32,000 bases of DNA, from the NCBI GenBank assembly GCA_963843975.1, contig CAWJMG010000003.1:690001-722000 (forward strand), read 5' to 3'. Source of the stretch: an uncultured Actinomycetes bacterium. GTDB lineage: Bacteria > Actinomycetota > Actinomycetes > S36-B12 > CAIYMF01. Below, piece by piece: positions 28,909 to 32,000 of this stretch (position 1 is the first letter of the stretch; each line of letters opens with the position of its first letter). The translations under genes were made by a program, and so were the position numbers. The notes below the pieces were generated by a model. It had not been told where the DNA came from and searched no databases. It worked only from the letters and a program-made list of their open reading frames with translations.

Positions 28909-29295
28909 CTACTCCCCCGCCCGCCGGAGCGCGTACGCCGTCAGCCCCTCGGCCACGAGGCCTGAGGCCCCGAACGCCGCGAGCCACAGCGCCTTGCTGC
29001 GGCTCCCGCCCGCCATGCCGTCGGCCGTGGGGCGGGCGGCCTCGGCGAGGAACGCCAGCGCGTCGCCGCCGTCCGACACCGCCATCGCCGCCACCCAGCC
29101 CGAGGTGGGAGCGCCGCTGCGGTGCGCCGAGAGCGTGCCCAGCCCGAGCGCGAGCTCGCGGGCGCCCACCAGCCGGGTCTCCCCCGGCGTCGTGGCGCAG
29201 AGGGCTGCCAGGCCGAGGCGCACGACACCGAGCACCGGCACCGACCGGCGCAGCGCGGTCTGCCAGGGCTGCTCCCCCGGCGTGACGTCCGTCAT
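28909..29295 (-). CDS. Hypothetical membrane protein
   Basis: 128-aa ORF with strongly GC-biased third positions, several hydrophobic segments, and GGAGG directly upstream of the ATG. Confidence 0.55.
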   Translation of the reverse strand: MTDVTPGEQPWQTALRRSVPVLGVVRLGLAALCATTPGETRLVGARELALGLGTLSAHRSGAPTSGWVAAMAVSDGGDALAFLAEAARPTADGMAGGSRSKALWLAAFGASGLVAEGLTAYALRRAGE

Positions 29296-29460
29296 GCCTC
29301 CACCTCACCACGGGCGGGAGGCCGGCGCACGCGAGGTCGGCCGTGGTGCTCGCGTGGGGCCGTGACCTGCGCCGATGCACGGGCCGTGCCCTTCCGGCCG
29401 GTTCCCGCCTGTCCGGTTAGCGGACGATAACCGGACGATGGGTTACGGCGCGGGATCCTC

Positions 29461-29488
29461 GGGAACACCGGGTGCGTCCATGCACGTT
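29461..29488 (+). promoter_or_regulatory. Candidate ECF (SigR/SigH/SigE-type) promoter GGGAACA-N17-CGTT upstream of rbpA
   Basis: GGGAACA at 29461-29467 and CGTT at 29485-29488. It resembles the GGAAT/C ... GTT class, about 60 nt upstream of the rbpA ATG. Confidence 0.3.
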
Positions 29489-29548
29489 GAGAGCAACAAG
29501 ACCGGTCGCCCCCCGACCGGCGCCCGAACCCCGACGACAGGAACCGAC

Positions 29549-29902
29549 ATGAGCGACGGCGCCCTCCGCGGCACCCGCCTCGGTGCGACGAGCTACGAGA
29601 ACGACGACCACGTCGAGCTCGCTCCGCGCCAGGTCGTGCACTACGACTGCCCCAACGGCCACACCACCTCGATGCCGTTCAGCATGGAGGCCGACGTGCC
29701 GGCCCTCTGGGAGTGCCACACGTGCGGTGCCGAGGCCCTCAACCGTGACGGTGAGCGCCCCGAGGCCAAGTTCGTGAAGCCGGCCCGCACCCACTGGGAC
29801 ATGCTGCTCGAGCGCCGCACGCTCGAGGACCTCGAGGTCCTGCTCCAGGAGCGCCTCGAGCTGCTCCGCGAGACCCGCGAGCCGAGCCGCAAGTCCGCCT
29901 GA
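29549..29902 (+). CDS. rbpA: RNA polymerase-binding protein RbpA
   Basis: 117 aa from ATG 29549. LRGTRLGATSYE.D, LAPRQ, Zn-type C..H...C..C, KPARTHWDMLLERRT, very close to Streptomyces/Mycobacterium RbpA. Confidence 0.9.
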   Translation: MSDGALRGTRLGATSYENDDHVELAPRQVVHYDCPNGHTTSMPFSMEADVPALWECHTCGAEALNRDGERPEAKFVKPARTHWDMLLERRTLEDLEVLLQERLELLRETREPSRKSA

Positions 29903-29925
29903 CGTCCTTACCTCTCCCCCTCCAC

Positions 29926-29958
29926 GACGACCCCGGTGCCGAGAGCACCGGGGTCGTC
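29926..29958. terminator. Hairpin between convergent rbpA and fxsA
   Basis: Perfect 14-bp stem GACGACCCCGGTGC / GCACCGGGGTCGTC with a 5-nt loop, followed by TGGGTT. Confidence 0.6.
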
Positions 29959-29978
29959 TGGGTTCGTGGGGGTCGCGC

Positions 29979-30503
29979 TCAGGTGGTGGGCGGGTCGTCC
30001 TCGCGCACGATCTCGCCCTGCAGGATCTCGCCGCGCACCGGCCGCACCCCGTCCTCGCGCACGACGGTGCCGTTGACGATGGTCGTCTGCTCGAACACCA
30101 GCCCGGCCGCCTGGGCCCGCCGCTTGAACGAGCGCGAGACCGTGCGGCGCACGAAGGTGCGCACCGGCGGGATCAGGAGCAGGAGCCCGACGGTGCTCGT
30201 GATGAGGCCGGGGATCGCGATCATCGCGCCGGCCAGGAACACGAGACCGGCGTCGCCGACCTCGCGGCCCACCTGCTGCGTGCTCGCCTGCCCGGGCATC
30301 ACGGTCACGCCGTCAGCCTGCACGGGCCGGAGGGACCGGGCCGCGGCGAACCCCGCGCGACGCATGACTGCCGAGCCGATGATCACCAGGGCCGCCACCG
30401 CCAGCAGGACGCCGGCCCAGCCGATCAGGCTCGCCAGCCACGACGCCACGAACCACTCGGCGACGACGTAGAGGACGATTCCGGCGAGGATCAGCAGGCC
30501 CAT
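29979..30503 (-). CDS. fxsA: FxsA family membrane protein
   Basis: 174 aa from ATG 30503. N-terminal TM pair and PGLITSTVGLLLLIPPVR, matching the FxsA signature PGF.TD..G..LL.P..R. Confidence 0.8.
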   Translation of the reverse strand: MGLLILAGIVLYVVAEWFVASWLASLIGWAGVLLAVAALVIIGSAVMRRAGFAAARSLRPVQADGVTVMPGQASTQQVGREVGDAGLVFLAGAMIAIPGLITSTVGLLLLIPPVRTFVRRTVSRSFKRRAQAAGLVFEQTTIVNGTVVREDGVRPVRGEILQGEIVREDDPPTT

Positions 30504-30507
30504 GCAG

Positions 30508-31302
30508 TCACCAACCGCCGTGGTCCTGCGAGTTCTTCCCGGCCAGCAGACGGCGGGCCTTCTGCGCCTTGTCCTGCGCACCCCAGACGGTGACCCGCCA
30601 GAGCGCCTCGGTGACGATGCGCTGATCCATCTTCGAGTCGCCGAGCTCGCGCTCCACGAACTCGATCGGCACCTCGGCGACGCGCAGGCCCGCCTGCACC
30701 GCGCGCCGGGCGAGATCGACCTGGAAGCAGTAGCCCTTGCTCTCGACGCCCTCGAGGTCGAGCGTGCGCAGCGTCGAGGCGCGGAACGCCCGGTAGCCGC
30801 CGGTGGCGTCCTTGAGCGGGACGCTGAGCATGATCCGCGTGTAGACGTTCCCGCCGCGGCTGAGGATCTCGCGCGACTTCGGCCAGTTCACGACCGAGCC
30901 GCCCTTGACGTACCGGGAGCCGAGCACGAGGTCTGCGGTACGGAGCTTGTCGAGCAGGCGGTGCAGCTGCTCGGGCTGGTGCGAGCCGTCGGCGTCCATC
31001 TCGACCACGACGTCGAAGCCGTTCTCCAGCGCCCAGTCGAAGCCCGCGAGGTAGGCGGCGCCCAGGCCCTGCTTGCCGGCCCGGTGCATCACCTGGATGT
31101 GGTCGTCCGCCGCGGCGAGGGCGTCGGCGATGTCGCCGGTGCCGTCGGGGCTGTTGTCGTCGGCGACGAGCACGTGGACCTCGGGCAGCGCGGCGCGCAC
31201 GCGCGCCACGATCAGCTCGAGGTTCTCCTTCTCGTTGTACGTCGGGATGACCACGACGATGCGTCCGAGGTCGGCGAACTGCGGCACTGCGGGGTCGGTC
31301 AC
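30508..31302 (-). CDS. ppm1: Polyprenol-monophosphomannose synthase (GT2), Ppm1 catalytic domain
   Basis: 264 aa from GTG 31302. VVIPTYNEKENL, ADDNSPDGT, EMDADGSH (DxD), GSRY. Its start overlaps the lnt stop (GTGA). Confidence 0.9.
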   Translation of the reverse strand: MTDPAVPQFADLGRIVVVIPTYNEKENLELIVARVRAALPEVHVLVADDNSPDGTGDIADALAAADDHIQVMHRAGKQGLGAAYLAGFDWALENGFDVVVEMDADGSHQPEQLHRLLDKLRTADLVLGSRYVKGGSVVNWPKSREILSRGGNVYTRIMLSVPLKDATGGYRAFRASTLRTLDLEGVESKGYCFQVDLARRAVQAGLRVAEVPIEFVERELGDSKMDQRIVTEALWRVTVWGAQDKAQKARRLLAGKNSQDHGGW

Positions 31303-32000
31303 GCGTAGGGCTCCTCGCTGGGCTGGGGCGCTCCCGAGCCTACGTCCCGCCGCCTCCGGATACCGAATGCTGCGAGCACCCAGATCACGACAGCTGCGGC
31401 CGCGGCGAGCAGCTCCGGCACCGCTCCGACGCGGTCCGAGAGGGTCAGGTCGTCGCGCAGCGGCACCGTGTCGACCAGGTAGCCGGCCTGCAGCTCGCCC
31501 AGCGACCCGGCGAGAGTGCCGTCGGGGCGGACGATCGCCGAGATGCCGCTCGTGGACGCGATGAGCACCGCGCGGCCGTGCTCGACGGCGCGCAGGCGTG
31601 ACATGGCGAGCTGCTGCTGCGGCTGGCCGGTGAGGTTGTACGTCGCGTTGTTGGTCTGGACGGCCAGGATGCGCGCGCCCTGGCCCTCGAGCTCGCCCTT
31701 CACGCCGACGCCCTGCACGGCCGCGCGCCCGAGCTCGTCGTACGCCACCTCGAAGCAGATGAGGTCGCCGATGCGGGCCGGGCCCAGCATGAGCACGCCG
31801 GTGCTGTCGCCCGGTGCGAAGTCGCGCGGGATCCGGTCGAACCGGCCGATGAGCTTGGCCAGCACCGCACGGCCGGGGATCCACTCGCCGAAAGGCACAG
31901 GGTGCTGCTTCACGTAGTAGTCGGCCGGGCCAGGGGTGCCGGACGACGTCGGAAGCCACACGATCCCGGTGTTCCAGATGTAGTTCGGGTCGTCCGGCTT
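31299..32000 (-). CDS. lnt: Apolipoprotein N-acyltransferase (Lnt), C-terminal CN-hydrolase part (5' end lies outside the window)
   Basis: Frame is open to the right edge. YVKQHPVPFGEWIP, the ICFE block, ILAVQTNNATY, a terminal TM segment, and the synteny with ppm1. Confidence 0.85.
   Translation of the reverse strand, partial: KPDDPNYIWNTGIVWLPTSSGTPGPADYYVKQHPVPFGEWIPGRAVLAKLIGRFDRIPRDFAPGDSTGVLMLGPARIGDLICFEVAYDELGRAAVQGVGVKGELEGQGARILAVQTNNATYNLTGQPQQQLAMSRLRAVEHGRAVLIASTSGISAIVRPDGTLAGSLGELQAGYLVDTVPLRDDLTLSDRVGAVPELLAAAAAVVIWVLAAFGIRRRRDVGSGAPQPSEEPYA

Noticed and set aside
29375-29548. N-terminal extension of rbpA (the ORF is open from 29375)
   Set aside because: RbpA homologues begin at the M-x-x-x-x-LRG-(T/S)-RLG motif, which matches ATG 29549. 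The extension is low-complexity and would swallow the candidate promoter.

Overview
Very GC-rich, gene-dense chromosomal segment that looks actinobacterial. Supporting this: a conserved rbpA / fxsA / ppm1 / lnt block, a mabA-inhA-type fabG-inhA pair, a SerB2-type ACT-ACT-HAD serB, DUF3099, dodecin, and many 4-nt GTGA/ATGA start-stop overlaps. I call about 38 protein-coding genes on both strands and two convincing hairpin terminators. I found no rRNA, tRNA, CRISPR array, transposase or integrase. Most of the window is ordinary core content: ABC exporter, SDR, SURF1, moaA, a qor-tldD-pmbA operon, a K+ channel with RCK domain, an NfeD-SPFH pair, TauE, TrmH, a PLP decarboxylase and two MFS transporters. 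The only accessory-looking patch is about 24.2-27.4 kb. It holds a VanZ-RDD fusion, an Xre(DUF2384)/RES toxin-antitoxin pair preceded by three exactly phased 34-bp direct repeats, and a small VOC gene bracketed by conspicuous AT-rich tracts. Other points worth a second look: (i) three unambiguous frame breaks (serB, a ModF/YlmA-like ABC ATPase, the RES toxin) all sit on the same plus-strand heptamer GAGGCTC, i.e. GAGCTC plus one G, and there is a probable fourth G-run frame break in the SixA-like gene. (ii) A lipoprotein carries all six copper ligands of peptidylglycine alpha-hydroxylating monooxygenase. (iii) A K+ channel has a filter reading TTIGFRE instead of T-x-G-[YF]-G-[DE]. I did not find convincing evidence for a new multi-gene system. 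The TA locus with its repeat array is the best candidate for something not yet described. All functional calls rest on my reading of the supplied translations (motifs, family resemblance), not on database searches.
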